Shown here piece after piece: positions 30,201 through 39,141 of a DNA stretch of 64,000 nucleotides. Both the position numbers and the translations under genes were made by a program. The stretch is from an uncultured Chlamydiales bacterium. GTDB lineage: Bacteria > Chlamydiota > Chlamydiia > Chlamydiales > JAAKFR01. The stretch is from assembly GCA_963699155.1 (NCBI GenBank), contig OY969414.1:555757-619756 (forward strand), in the 5' to 3' direction. Position 1 is the stretch's first letter; every line of letters starts with the position of its first letter. Under the pieces are notes generated by a model. The model was not told the origin of the DNA. It saw only the letters and a program-made list of their open reading frames with translations, and did no database searches.

Positions 30201-30717
30201 TCTCGAAAAAATGATTCAGACACTCGATCAGGAGAGTCGGAAAATCTTTAAAAAGACCTTTGAGCAGATCAGGCAAAATTTTCAAAAGAATTTCTCGATC
30301 CTTTTTACGGGCGGTTTCGCCGATCTCACCTTTACGGAAAGTTCCGATATCTTAGAGGCAGGTATCGAAATTGTGGCGAAACCACCTGGCAAACAGATGC
30401 GCGCCATCTCCCTCCTCTCTGGAGGTGAAAAATGTTTGACTGCTCTCGCCCTCCTCTTCTCAATTTTTGAAGTGCGTCCAGCCCCCTTCTGTATCCTCGA
30501 TGAGGTCGATGCCCCCCTCGATGACACCAACATCGATCGCTTTACCAATGTCTTAAAGCAATTTATTGACAAAACTCAATTTATCATCGTGACCCATAAC
30601 AAAAAAACGATGTCTATAGCCGATCTTTTAATTGGAGTCTCGATGGAAGAAAAAGGGGTATCTAGGTTAATCTCTTTAGCCTTTGAACAGGCGAAGCGTC
30701 CAGTGGCTTTGTTGTAA
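27238..30717 (+). CDS. smc: Chromosome segregation protein SMC
   Basis: GFKSFA, GPNGCGKSN, long coiled coils, LSGGEK, LDEVDAPLD. Confidence 0.96.
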   Translation: MKLKKLTITGFKSFAERVTIDFDFEIIGIVGPNGCGKSNIVDAFRWVMGEQSAKSLRGDKMHDVLFAGTDKRKPLNYAEVSVWLTDINGELPLPYDEITITRRLNRSGESEYLINKEPARLKDIQSLLLGSGMGKNAFSIFEQGKLDQIIHLSPLERRVVFDEAAGTSRFLQRKKESVKKLAAVSENYLRVRDIHAEIERQARQLKKQANQAQSYQQSRNRLEFLEKEVLLVRWKELASKCGDLTGKLAQLNDSFQEKTKEIQVEEASSDASRQRVEEQEVLARAHQQENNRLETKARVLEAEINQQKHRLLEAKKREEKVRNNLNELIEERAALTQEKARKSERLVVENRAKDLKEKELFQQRGAHQAVEKEVQKSQELIKKLQADRLKLLQEEGKIQAKIQEKQFRYDARVARLQILHALEKTHEGTEKALEQQIVLQKGKVEALTYQIDGLKRDLKKGESELQRLRKELSDGQKEAQTLSRRITEVESQQKALLRLQEDMEGFSPAAKGLLREAKLEKSELYGKIEPLFAHLVAHKGFEELMASAMKPYAETLIVERESDLELLLGFAKRKKMFGFSVLVRERVETSKGALQKNALAAHVEKNAIALHLTKNTVVADDGHFYDALGVFFHGESGKRLSNPFQRQAELKSLSEELAGLAAESEKQLSHQEKLAEGVKIAEKLRVDSSEAHRKKEMDLIQENFRLQQALADAEKLRREIASVAKERRELEPLQEEENEMEELKASGQSMKEKIQQMVNAIQEHESAIDGDQKRVKEQWQSVQSCESSFYEVRNQWQNCRQEVEILAAKMEQNLGLEKKLAQEIEELGSHSESVFEALKRHEKEIEQATIGLKGFQNAMKEQEKTLLGAKKIAEGIELELSKKRKAIGGLEKETHGLDIILAQLSSEKRGVEAELLERHGIGAEKADQMKVELETSLEEAMQEIHRLRLSVESAGAVNLTAIEEFQQAQERFDFLDQQLKDLDESKKDLEKMIQTLDQESRKIFKKTFEQIRQNFQKNFSILFTGGFADLTFTESSDILEAGIEIVAKPPGKQMRAISLLSGGEKCLTALALLFSIFEVRPAPFCILDEVDAPLDDTNIDRFTNVLKQFIDKTQFIIVTHNKKTMSIADLLIGVSMEEKGVSRLISLAFEQAKRPVALL

Positions 30718-30756
30718 CATTTGAACAAGCGAAGAGTTCAGTAGCTTTGTTATAAC
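30682..30756 (+). repeat. Tandem 37-bp duplication of the smc 3' end
   Basis: 30682-30718 vs 30720-30756, 32/37 identical. Confidence 0.85.
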
Positions 30757-30768
30757 CTAGGAGTGATA

Positions 30769-31884
30769 ATGAAGATTGGTATCCCTAAAGAGATCAAAAA
30801 TCATGAATACCGCGTTGGAGCAACTCCTGGCCTTGTCAGCTTGCTCGTTCAAGCAGGCCACAAGGTCTATGTCCAAAAGTCAGCAGGTCAAAAAATTGGT
30901 TTTACCGATGAGATGTATGTGCATGCGGGAGCCACGATTTTAGAGACGGCTGAGAAGATCTATCATGAAGCCGAGATGATCGTCAAAGTGAAGGAGCCGC
31001 AAGCCAGTGAGTTTCCTTTATTAAAAAAAGAGCAGATTCTCTTCTGTTTTCTCCATTTAGCGCCCGATCCGGAACAGCTGAAACATCTGATTGAGCGGCA
31101 AACGGTTGCGATTGCCTTTGAAACGGTGACCGACCGTGAAGGGCGGCTGCCTCTGCTCACCCCCATGAGCGAGGTGGCTGGAAGAATTGCCATCCAAGCA
31201 GGAGCAACAGCCCTGCAAATGGCGCATGGAGGAAAGGGTCTCTTGCTGGGAGGTGTGCCTGGAGTACCTCCAGCAAAAGTTGTGATCCTGGGAGGAGGGG
31301 TAGTCGGCACACAAGTGGCCCGTATGGCGATGGGATTTGGAGCCGACGTGACCATTCTGGAAAGACGTCTCTCCCGCCTGCGCGAATTGGATGATCTCTA
31401 TGGACCCTTGTTGAAAACGATCTATTCGACACCCGTCTCTGTCGAAGAAGCGGTGATCCCCGCAGACCTGGTCGTGGGGGCTGTCCTCATTCCTGGGAAA
31501 AAGGCGCCTAAATTGGTTACCGATGCGATGGTAAAAACGATGCAACCTGGTAGCGTTTTTGTCGACGTGGCGATCGATCAGGGAGGCTGCTCGGAGACCT
31601 CGCACGCCACCACACACTCTGATCCAACCTATATCGTGCACGGTATCGTCCATTACTGTGTAGCCAATATGCCAGGCGCCTGCGCGAGAACCTCAACACA
31701 AGCTTTAACCAATGCGACTGCCCCCTACGTGCTTGAACTGGCTGACAAAGGCTATAAACGGGCGATGCGCGACGATCCTGGGTTAAAAAATGGCCTCAAT
31801 GTCTGCTTAGGCAAGGTGACAAATGAATTTGTTGCCCATGACTGCGGCTATGAGTACTTTGATCCCGATCAATTTATACGCTAG
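30769..31884 (+). CDS. ald: Alanine dehydrogenase
   Basis: MKIGIPKEIKNHEYRVG, KVKEP, PMSEVAGR, DVAIDQGG, HYCVANMPG. Confidence 0.97.
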   Translation: MKIGIPKEIKNHEYRVGATPGLVSLLVQAGHKVYVQKSAGQKIGFTDEMYVHAGATILETAEKIYHEAEMIVKVKEPQASEFPLLKKEQILFCFLHLAPDPEQLKHLIERQTVAIAFETVTDREGRLPLLTPMSEVAGRIAIQAGATALQMAHGGKGLLLGGVPGVPPAKVVILGGGVVGTQVARMAMGFGADVTILERRLSRLRELDDLYGPLLKTIYSTPVSVEEAVIPADLVVGAVLIPGKKAPKLVTDAMVKTMQPGSVFVDVAIDQGGCSETSHATTHSDPTYIVHGIVHYCVANMPGACARTSTQALTNATAPYVLELADKGYKRAMRDDPGLKNGLNVCLGKVTNEFVAHDCGYEYFDPDQFIR

Positions 31885-32071
31885 TCGGCAACTTAAGCGT
31901 ATCGCTAATCATCGACACAAATTTGTAATTCACTGCATAAATCTCATCCACACAGGAGTCTGGAAAAAGTGCCATCGCCTTCAGATTGGAGATATCTGCT
32001 GCATAATCGGGCTGAGTGTCAGGATCCTGGTCGATCAAAAAGGGGTGATAAAAGGCCCCCTTCACTTTCAC
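31874..32071 (-). pseudogene. Possible methyltransferase-like fragment
   Basis: IDQDPDTQPDYAADI...FPDSCVDEIY resembles a piece of a class I SAM-binding fold; truncated; one frameshift away from the upstream ORF. Confidence 0.3.
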
Positions 32072-32357
32072 GGGGCTGAGTCGATTCCACTGGCTGAGGC
32101 AACTCCACAGCAGGGGCAGTCGCTTTTTTGCAGCAGGGAATCAGACCAGCGATGAGCAAAAGAGCCACACCGCACCCTAAACAGGTCCATGCGCCCGTTT
32201 GGCTAATCTGGCTAAAGACGCCGACTTTCAAATAGGCTGCCAAACCGATCGAACAGAGGATCGCAGCTGCAATTGCCACAACTGTAATGATAGGGGTGGT
32301 TGTAGATGGGCTATTGCACCATCGGGGCGATTCTGGTTCTACTCGAGCAATCGTCAT
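32019..32357 (-). CDS. Small two-TM (Inc-like) membrane protein
   Basis: Bilobed hydrophobic region; ATGA overlap with the upstream ORF. Confidence 0.55.
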   Translation of the reverse strand: MTIARVEPESPRWCNSPSTTTPIITVVAIAAAILCSIGLAAYLKVGVFSQISQTGAWTCLGCGVALLLIAGLIPCCKKATAPAVELPQPVESTQPRESEGGLLSPLFDRPGS

Positions 32358-32686
32358 ATCGTGCGCTGGTACTCTCCGCAAGTGCAGCAGACGAGCATAT
32401 CTTCAGCGATCAGGCTTCCTCTGCAGGTCGCACCACACACCCCCTCACTGATGACGGAAAGAATGAGGCCAGGGATCCATAGAGCGGCTTGTCCAGAATA
32501 AATGCCGACGCTAAGCATCAAGGCCGAACCGAGGACAAAGGCTAAAGCTATAATGAGTTTGACCACTTCACAGATACGCCGCGTTTCTCGATCGGCAGGG
32601 CTACACGCACGCAACGCCTGATCTGCAGAAAGCCAAAAAGTATCACACAATCTTTCGGCGGTAGAAATCTGAGGTGTGCTCGACAT
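32354..32686 (-). CDS. Small two-TM (Inc-like), Cys-rich membrane protein
   Basis: MSSTPQIST N-terminus, bilobed hydrophobic region, AT-rich upstream DNA. Confidence 0.55.
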   Translation of the reverse strand: MSSTPQISTAERLCDTFWLSADQALRACSPADRETRRICEVVKLIIALAFVLGSALMLSVGIYSGQAALWIPGLILSVISEGVCGATCRGSLIAEDMLVCCTCGEYQRTI

Positions 32687-32820
32687 AAGCCATTAATTAT
32701 AAAAAGGATCTTAATAAGTATCAAATTAAAAAATATCTTTCACTAGTCGCGGGATTTCGATAATAAAGTTTTGGGTGAGCTCTCGGGCGCAGGCACAGGC
32801 AGGCAATTTTTAGCCAATAT

Positions 32821-33846
32821 TCAGGGTAGGTAGCGGGTGAGGGCGGTGTAGACCTCGTCGGTGGTGATGCGGGTCATGCAGCGGAAGTCGATGGGGCAGG
32901 TGCGTTTGTAGCAGGGGGAGCATTCGACATGTTTGTGGATGATTTCGCCATGGCCGTAGGGGCCGGTGGCGATTTCGTTGGTGGAGCCGAAGAGGGTGAC
33001 GAGGGGGGTTTTGAGAGCGGCGGCGATGTGCATAGGGCCGCTGTCATTGGTGAGAAAGACAGTACACTGCTCGATGAGGGCGATGAGTTCGCGAAGGTTG
33101 GTGGCGGCGGCGAGGTTGATGACATTGGGAGGCATCTCTTGGCAGATGGTGTGGACAAGATCAGCACCTATAGCATCGGCGAAGCAGATAATGAAGGTGT
33201 TGGGGCGGGCGGCAAGCCTTGAGATCACTTCTCGAAAGCGCTCAGGGAGCCAACATTTAGCTGAGCCATAGGCGGCGCCTGGGTTAATGCCTACGAGGGA
33301 GGCTCCTTCAGGAACATGGTATTGCCGCAAGATTTGTTGTGCGGCATGTTTTTCTTGTCCGGTCACAAAGAGGCGAGGGTGTGTGGAAGAGAGAGGAATG
33401 CCAAGAGGGGCTAAAAGCCGTTTGTAAGTGATCACCAGGTGCTCTTTTCCTCTTTCATGAGGAAAGGTAATAGCCTCGGTGAGGAGAAATCTGCGGCAGT
33501 CAGAGGCAAAGCCGATCCTGCTTCTCACCTCGCCCCTCCACAACAACCAGGCCGAGGAGAAGGAGTTGGGTAGAAGGATGCCGAGATCATACTTTCCCTG
33601 TCGAAGGCGGGCCACAAGATCGCGGTTCTTCTGCCTTGGAATGAAGGCATTAGATTTCGTAAATGTAAAAATCTCATCGACATAGGGATTTCCTTTCAAA
33701 AGGTTTCCCACACCTCCTTGACACATCGCTGTCAAATTGGCTTCAGGCCAACGCTCTTTGAGGTCAGCCAGGAGAGGTGTTGCCATAACTGCGTCACCGA
33801 GCCAATTGGGCATTCGGACAATGATATTTTGAAACTCTTGTGACAT
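32821..33846 (-). CDS. waaF: LPS heptosyltransferase II (GT9)
   Basis: RMPNWLGDAVM, LPNSFSSA, NPGAAYGSAKCW, TNDSGPMHIAAA, CSPCYKRTCP. Confidence 0.9.
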   Translation of the reverse strand: MSQEFQNIIVRMPNWLGDAVMATPLLADLKERWPEANLTAMCQGGVGNLLKGNPYVDEIFTFTKSNAFIPRQKNRDLVARLRQGKYDLGILLPNSFSSAWLLWRGEVRSRIGFASDCRRFLLTEAITFPHERGKEHLVITYKRLLAPLGIPLSSTHPRLFVTGQEKHAAQQILRQYHVPEGASLVGINPGAAYGSAKCWLPERFREVISRLAARPNTFIICFADAIGADLVHTICQEMPPNVINLAAATNLRELIALIEQCTVFLTNDSGPMHIAAALKTPLVTLFGSTNEIATGPYGHGEIIHKHVECSPCYKRTCPIDFRCMTRITTDEVYTALTRYLP

Positions 33847-33920
33847 GAGAGATATTGTACCAAGGATTTTCCTTTATTGGCATTTTACTTTATATCTTGT
33901 GGCAGAAGATGAGGTGATAC

Positions 33921-35204
33921 TTGGCAGCTGATAGTTATACCGAAGAGGAGTTCAAAAAAGTCCTTAAAAACCTTTTCTCTGAGAAGAAGAAGGTGAAGGA
34001 TTTGGAAAAGCAGCTCGAGGAGAGGGGGATTCAGAAGCGCTTTCAAGCTAAGCTGGCAGATATCCATAAATTTTCTTTAACCGAAGAGTATGCCAAGCTC
34101 AAAGCCTCCTATCTAGAAAAAGAGAATGAATGTGCCCAAATTAAAAGTCAGCTCGAACGGGTGCGGCCTATTCTCAAAAAATTGATGGTTGATCTGAAGA
34201 GCGCTACTGCAGAAGTAGAGAGTCTCAAAAGCCAGCCACAGCAGGAAGTCGAGGCCTTGAAGCGGGAATTGGCTTCTGTCGAGCAGGAGGTTCAAGAGGG
34301 GAAGCAGAGAGTTCACACTCTCGAGATCGAGCTTGTTAAAAAGAGTGCTGAAAAGAACTTGCTAGAAGAGCAGCACCAGCTCCTCCTAGGGGAGTTGAAA
34401 AGCTTGCGAGAGAGTTCAGAAAAAGAAGCTAAAGAAGCCGCCCAGAAGCTGATAGAACAGTCAAGAGACTCTGCTATGGCGCTAGATAAAGCTTGTGTTG
34501 GGCATGAGAGTGAAATCATCCAATTGAAAGAGGCGTTGGACAAAGCGCAGGCAGAATTTGAAAAGAGCGATTTTGTGGCCTTACGTAAAGAATATGAGCT
34601 CAAAGTAGATGCTGCTTTAGTCACTTTTTCCCAAAAGGAGAAGGCTCATGAAGAAGCTCTGGAGCATTGTTATGTCAAAATGCGAGAGATGTCCCAGAGA
34701 CATGGTGAGAGTGTTGAAGAGAGGGAACAGCTCTATAAAAAACTCGAAGATCACAAGAAAATCCTAGCGAAGAGAGAGAAGGAGCAGACACAGTTGCAAA
34801 GCTCTCTCAAAAATGCCCATCTCCAGGCGGAAGAGCAGGAGGCAGAGCTTAGGAAAGCGCAGCACCATTTGGCCAAAAAGATGAAGGAGACAACCCTCTT
34901 GGAAGATAGTGTGGAGAGTCTCAAAGGGCAGCTCAACGAAACACAAACTAAATTGAGTCTCCAGCAAGAGCATGAAGTAAAAATGACCGCAGCTCTCAAA
35001 GAGAGAGCCCTCTCTGCAGAGCAGTCGACGAAAGAGTGGCAAGAAAAGTATCACCTGCTTCAAAAAGAGTTCCATGGGGCTAAAGAAGAATTGGGAGAAT
35101 TACAGCAGCTCAGGAAAACGTATGAGCAGATGGCGATTACTTTTTCCAATTTAAAACATATCATCGGACATATTCCAACAGACCGTGAACCAACAACAGA
35201 CTAA
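33921..35204 (+). CDS. Coiled-coil hypothetical protein
   Basis: 427-aa E/K/Q/L-rich heptad sequence upstream of ruvC. Confidence 0.7.
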   Translation: MAADSYTEEEFKKVLKNLFSEKKKVKDLEKQLEERGIQKRFQAKLADIHKFSLTEEYAKLKASYLEKENECAQIKSQLERVRPILKKLMVDLKSATAEVESLKSQPQQEVEALKRELASVEQEVQEGKQRVHTLEIELVKKSAEKNLLEEQHQLLLGELKSLRESSEKEAKEAAQKLIEQSRDSAMALDKACVGHESEIIQLKEALDKAQAEFEKSDFVALRKEYELKVDAALVTFSQKEKAHEEALEHCYVKMREMSQRHGESVEEREQLYKKLEDHKKILAKREKEQTQLQSSLKNAHLQAEEQEAELRKAQHHLAKKMKETTLLEDSVESLKGQLNETQTKLSLQQEHEVKMTAALKERALSAEQSTKEWQEKYHLLQKEFHGAKEELGELQQLRKTYEQMAITFSNLKHIIGHIPTDREPTTD

Positions 35205-35694
35205 GCAAAAGATCCTAGGAATTGATCCTGGAACCATTCTCACAGGCTATGGCATTGTTGAGATCGATGAAAAAAGGCAGTTTCGAGCCGTCGATTATGG
35301 CTGTGTGAGACCGCCGCCCTCAAAGCCATTGACAGTGCGCTACAAAATCATCTTCCAAGCCATCGAGGAGCTATTGGATTGCCACCAACCTCATGCGATC
35401 GTGGTGGAGACACAATATATCCACAAAAATCCCCAAAGCGGTATCAAATTGGGGATGGCGCGAGGCGTCGCGATTTTAGCGGCTGCTTTGCGAGAAATTC
35501 CCGTTTTTGAATATGCTCCCACCCGTGCCAAACGGGCCGTTGTGGGAAAGGGAAATGCGAGTAAAAAACAGGTCCAGGCGATGGTGCAGCATCTCCTCGC
35601 GTTACCAACATTGCCCACGCCAGAAGATGCTGCAGACGCATTAGCTCTGGCCATCTGTCACGGACAGGCCTTTACACTAGGTGCAAGGATATAA
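35185..35694 (+). CDS. ruvC: Holliday junction resolvase
   Basis: ILGIDPG, GYG, ARGV, DAADALALAICH. Confidence 0.97.
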   Translation: MNQQQTKQKILGIDPGTILTGYGIVEIDEKRQFRAVDYGCVRPPPSKPLTVRYKIIFQAIEELLDCHQPHAIVVETQYIHKNPQSGIKLGMARGVAILAAALREIPVFEYAPTRAKRAVVGKGNASKKQVQAMVQHLLALPTLPTPEDAADALALAICHGQAFTLGARI

Positions 35695-35699
35695 ACCAA

Positions 35700-36275
35700 A
35701 TGTATGACTATTTTCGCGGGACACTTGTTGAGAAAAATGACCATTATGCCGTTGTAGATATCGGTGGGATTGGTTATAAACTGATCATTCCCAGCTCTCT
35801 TTGCGACAAGTTGCCTCATGTTGGGCAGAATGCCCACCTCTTCACCTCCTGGATTGTGCGTGAGATGTCCCAAACACTTTATGGTTTTTTCTCTAAAGAA
35901 GAGCGCGATCTTTTTGAACTTTTATTGACCGTTTCGGGAATTGGCCCTAAGACAGCTCTAGGCCTGATTGGCCATTTTGAACCAAGTGCATTGGAGGATG
36001 TGGTGAGAAAGGGCAATGCCGCTGCTTTAGCCAAAGCACCTGGTATTGGTAAAAAAACGGCAGAAAAGCTCCTACTTGAGTTAAAAAATCGTTTAAAAAT
36101 TAGCTCTATCTCCTCCTTCACTTCCCATTCACATGATGCTCTCAATGCCTTAATGCGGCTAGGTTACTCCCAAAACAGTGCCGAGCAAGCTGTTAAAAAA
36201 GCTTTGAAAGAGGGCTCTTCTGAGGAAGACCTGGCAACCTTGATCACCGCGGCACTCAAGTACCCTAGAAATTAA
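35700..36275 (+). CDS. ruvA: Holliday junction branch migration protein
   Basis: GGIGY, LYGF, VSGIGPK, PGIGKKTAE. Confidence 0.97.
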   Translation: MYDYFRGTLVEKNDHYAVVDIGGIGYKLIIPSSLCDKLPHVGQNAHLFTSWIVREMSQTLYGFFSKEERDLFELLLTVSGIGPKTALGLIGHFEPSALEDVVRKGNAAALAKAPGIGKKTAEKLLLELKNRLKISSISSFTSHSHDALNALMRLGYSQNSAEQAVKKALKEGSSEEDLATLITAALKYPRN

Positions 36276-36326
36276 ACCTTAAGTTTTGTAAAATTTAGGA
36301 TTTTCCAAAGTAAAAAAGGTTATTCC

Positions 36327-36755
36327 ATGTCAAAAGAACAGACACTTTCCATTTTAAAACCAGATTCTGTGAGAAAAAATTTGATCGGTCAAATTGTTGC
36401 CCGGTTTGAGAAAAATGGCTTGAAAGTAGTGGCTGCTAAGATGGTCCACATGTCGAAAGCTCAAGGTGAAGAATTTTACGCCATTCACAGGGCGCATCCT
36501 TTCTACGCTGATCTCGTCAAATTTATCAGCTCTGGTCCTGTTCTCGTGATGGTCCTTGAAGGGGAGAATGCGATTGCTAAGAACCGTGAGGTGATGGGCG
36601 CTACTAATCCTGCCAATGCCGCCCCTGGCACCATCCGCGCCGACTTCGCAGAATCGATCGATCAAAATGCTGTCCATGGCTCTGATGCCCCTGAAACGGC
36701 TAAAGGCGAAATCAACTTCTTCTTTAAGCCGAATGAAATTTTGATGAGACCATGA
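36327..36755 (+). CDS. ndk: Nucleoside diphosphate kinase
   Basis: [23 protein letters not shown]. Confidence 0.98.
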   Translation: MSKEQTLSILKPDSVRKNLIGQIVARFEKNGLKVVAAKMVHMSKAQGEEFYAIHRAHPFYADLVKFISSGPVLVMVLEGENAIAKNREVMGATNPANAAPGTIRADFAESIDQNAVHGSDAPETAKGEINFFFKPNEILMRP

Positions 36756-37915
36756 CTGAAAAAAGTCTCCTTTCCCGGTTCACGGCACGCTTTAGAAGTG
36801 GGGTGAAACGTTGCTGCGCCTATCTAGCTGGGAAAACTTTGGGAAAACAGAGCTTTCCCCTTTTGGGTGTCCCTTCAGGGCTTACTGAGGGCACTCGAGA
36901 AGGGAGCCTCCATTTTCTCTATCAGGCTGCCACTCTCCCACTTCAGCCCCCGAAAACCATTGATCCTGAAATCTTTTGGACCTATCTAGAAAGAGGGACT
37001 TATATTGCCCCACAGGGCATTCTCCGCCTTCCCAAAGCGATTGCTACCGAAAGTGGGGGTAATCTCAGCCATCAAGGAAAGTTGGTCACCACCTTTTTAT
37101 ATACTGTCGATGGGAAACTTCCCCAGCAGCACGATCTGCACCGTTTCAGCTCCAAGAATTTTTTCCCAACTCTCTTCAAATCAGATGAACCTGTGGCGAC
37201 GCTGACGGCTGGTTGGCAGCGGGCCTTCTACCACTGGGTCTACGAGATTTTGCCCCGTTTTCACCTGCTTGAGAAGGCAGGCGTCAAGCCTAAAAAATTC
37301 TACATCGACACAACATTGCCCTTTCAGAGAGAAAGCCTCGCCTTGATGGGAATTGACCCCTCTCAAATCATCAGCGCAGAAACCTATCGCGGGGTGAAAG
37401 CGGCTGAATTGATTGTCCCTTCCACACCGCTTCTTCCCACCGATTGGGGCTGTCGTTATTTGCGAGAGACCTTTCTTCCCCGGTTGTCTCCTAAAAAGCC
37501 CTTGCGCCTCTATGTCTCCCGTAGCGATGCCACTAGGCGTCGTATCCTCAACGAAGAAGAGGTCTTTGGCTTGTTGGAGAAGCGGTTCGGGTTTGTCAGA
37601 GCTCAACTTTCACCTCTCAATTTCAAAGAGCAGGCAGAATTATTTCAGGCCGCACAAGTGGTAGTAGGGCCACATGGCGCCGGCTTCTCTCACCTTGTCT
37701 TCTGTCAACCTGGCACCCCTTTTCTAGAAATCTTCTCTCCTGCCTATTTTAATCCTTGCTACTGGCAACTGAGCGAACGAGTAGGCCTCAGCTATCACTA
37801 TCTGTTTGGGGAAGGAGAGCGTTACCCACCAGGGGCTCGTTTCCATTTGGACCCTGACATCACTGTCGATCTGAAAAAGCTAGAAGCCTCCATTGCGTTA
37901 ATGGAAGTTCAATGA
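36752..37915 (+). CDS. Glycosyltransferase family 61 (DUF563-like)
   Basis: [32 protein letters not shown]. Confidence 0.85.
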   Translation: MTEKSLLSRFTARFRSGVKRCCAYLAGKTLGKQSFPLLGVPSGLTEGTREGSLHFLYQAATLPLQPPKTIDPEIFWTYLERGTYIAPQGILRLPKAIATESGGNLSHQGKLVTTFLYTVDGKLPQQHDLHRFSSKNFFPTLFKSDEPVATLTAGWQRAFYHWVYEILPRFHLLEKAGVKPKKFYIDTTLPFQRESLALMGIDPSQIISAETYRGVKAAELIVPSTPLLPTDWGCRYLRETFLPRLSPKKPLRLYVSRSDATRRRILNEEEVFGLLEKRFGFVRAQLSPLNFKEQAELFQAAQVVVGPHGAGFSHLVFCQPGTPFLEIFSPAYFNPCYWQLSERVGLSYHYLFGEGERYPPGARFHLDPDITVDLKKLEASIALMEVQ

Positions 37916-38472
37916 TCATTCTGATCGATAACTTCGATTCTTTTACCTACAACATTGTACAGGCCTATCAGCAGCTGGGTGAAGAGGTCAAAGTCTTTCG
38001 CAATCAGGCGATCTCTCTAGAAGAGATTAAAATGCTCAACCCAAAGCTCCTTGTGATCGGTCCCGGCCCTGGCAATCCGAAAACAGCGGGGATTTCAACA
38101 ACCGCAGTCTCCCTAGCTGAAGCCGGCATTCCTCTCTTTGGCATCTGCCTCGGTCATCAAGCCATTGGAGACTATTTTGGGGCCGCCGTGGTGCGTGCAG
38201 GAAAAGCCATTCACGGCAAAGTCTATCCCATTTTCCACAACGGACAAGGGCTCTTTTCAGGTCTGCCACAGCCCCTTAAAGCCACACGCTACCACTCTTT
38301 AATCGTCACCTCTCTCCCCGAGCCTCTCGAAATCACCGCATGGTCAGAAACTGAAGAAATCATGGCCATCCGGCACAAAACCCTCCCCATCCAAGGTGTC
38401 CAATTTCACCCCGAGTCAGCCGCCTCAGAGCATGGCCTCCAGCTCCTCCAAAACTCACTCAATTTACGTTAA
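37912..38472 (+). CDS. Aminodeoxychorismate/anthranilate synthase component II (PabA/TrpG)
   Basis: IDNFDSFTYN, GPGPG, GICLGHQ, RYHSL, QFHPES. Confidence 0.93.
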   Translation: MIILIDNFDSFTYNIVQAYQQLGEEVKVFRNQAISLEEIKMLNPKLLVIGPGPGNPKTAGISTTAVSLAEAGIPLFGICLGHQAIGDYFGAAVVRAGKAIHGKVYPIFHNGQGLFSGLPQPLKATRYHSLIVTSLPEPLEITAWSETEEIMAIRHKTLPIQGVQFHPESAASEHGLQLLQNSLNLR

Positions 38473-38517
38473 TCTAAAGGTCCACTTATTTTACGCATGA
38501 AAGTATCTACCCGTCGT

Positions 38518-38540
38518 AAGAGCTCCGCCGGAGCTCTTTC
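38518..38540 (+). terminator. Hairpin downstream of the pabA/trpG gene, possible terminator
   Basis: AAGAGCTCC-GCC-GGAGCTCTT perfect 9-bp stem; weak U-tract. Confidence 0.35.
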
Positions 38541-38793
38541 GAGGTACCTTGTCGCCTTCGGCTATGAACTTCGCAAAAAAACCCCAAGCTCATCTCGAAA
38601 AACTCCTCTGATTGCGAGGGAAATCAACCCAAAACTCAGGTTACTACTGCAAGACTCGTGGCTATTGTATCTTGCCCTATGCGCGATTGAGAACACAGCC
38701 ACCACGCTATAAAGAAATTGTGATGGAGATCTTTCTTGAATAAATTATCTACGCATGATTTCATTCTCAATGAAAAATTGAAGATGGGTTGAG

Positions 38794-39141
38794 ATGTCAT
38801 TATTAAAAATCGTTTTATGTGGAATTTTTTGCTTTTGCTCCAACTTTTGTTATGCGGCTGAATCTGACATGCTTAGTGATTACAATGTTGTAGGAGATAG
38901 AATTTATATCCATCCGGAGCAATTATTAATTAATCATGATGGGATATTTATATTTATTGATGGCGATAAAGTTTTGGTAAGACAGTTAAATTGTGATGAG
39001 AACGGAATTTTTTGTTTTATCGAAGATGTCGACAAAATTACAGATAAGTGTCCTAATGGACACAAAATGTGGTGTGGAAGGTGTGGAGGTTGTGTCGTAA
39101 GATATTGTAAGTTTAGGTGTATATGTGTTGAATGGGAATAA
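38794..39141 (+). CDS. Small secreted protein with a Cys-rich C-terminus
   Basis: Signal-peptide-like N-terminus; tail CPNGHKMWCGRCGGCVVRYCKFRCIC. Confidence 0.75.
   Translation: MSLLKIVLCGIFCFCSNFCYAAESDMLSDYNVVGDRIYIHPEQLLINHDGIFIFIDGDKVLVRQLNCDENGIFCFIEDVDKITDKCPNGHKMWCGRCGGCVVRYCKFRCICVEWE

Noticed and set aside
30682..30756. 37-bp repeat as a CRISPR remnant
   Set aside because: Only two adjacent copies with no spacer, derived from smc coding sequence.
38497..38712. 71-aa ORF after the pabA/trpG gene
   Set aside because: No RBS or recognisable motif; overlaps a hairpin-containing intergenic region.
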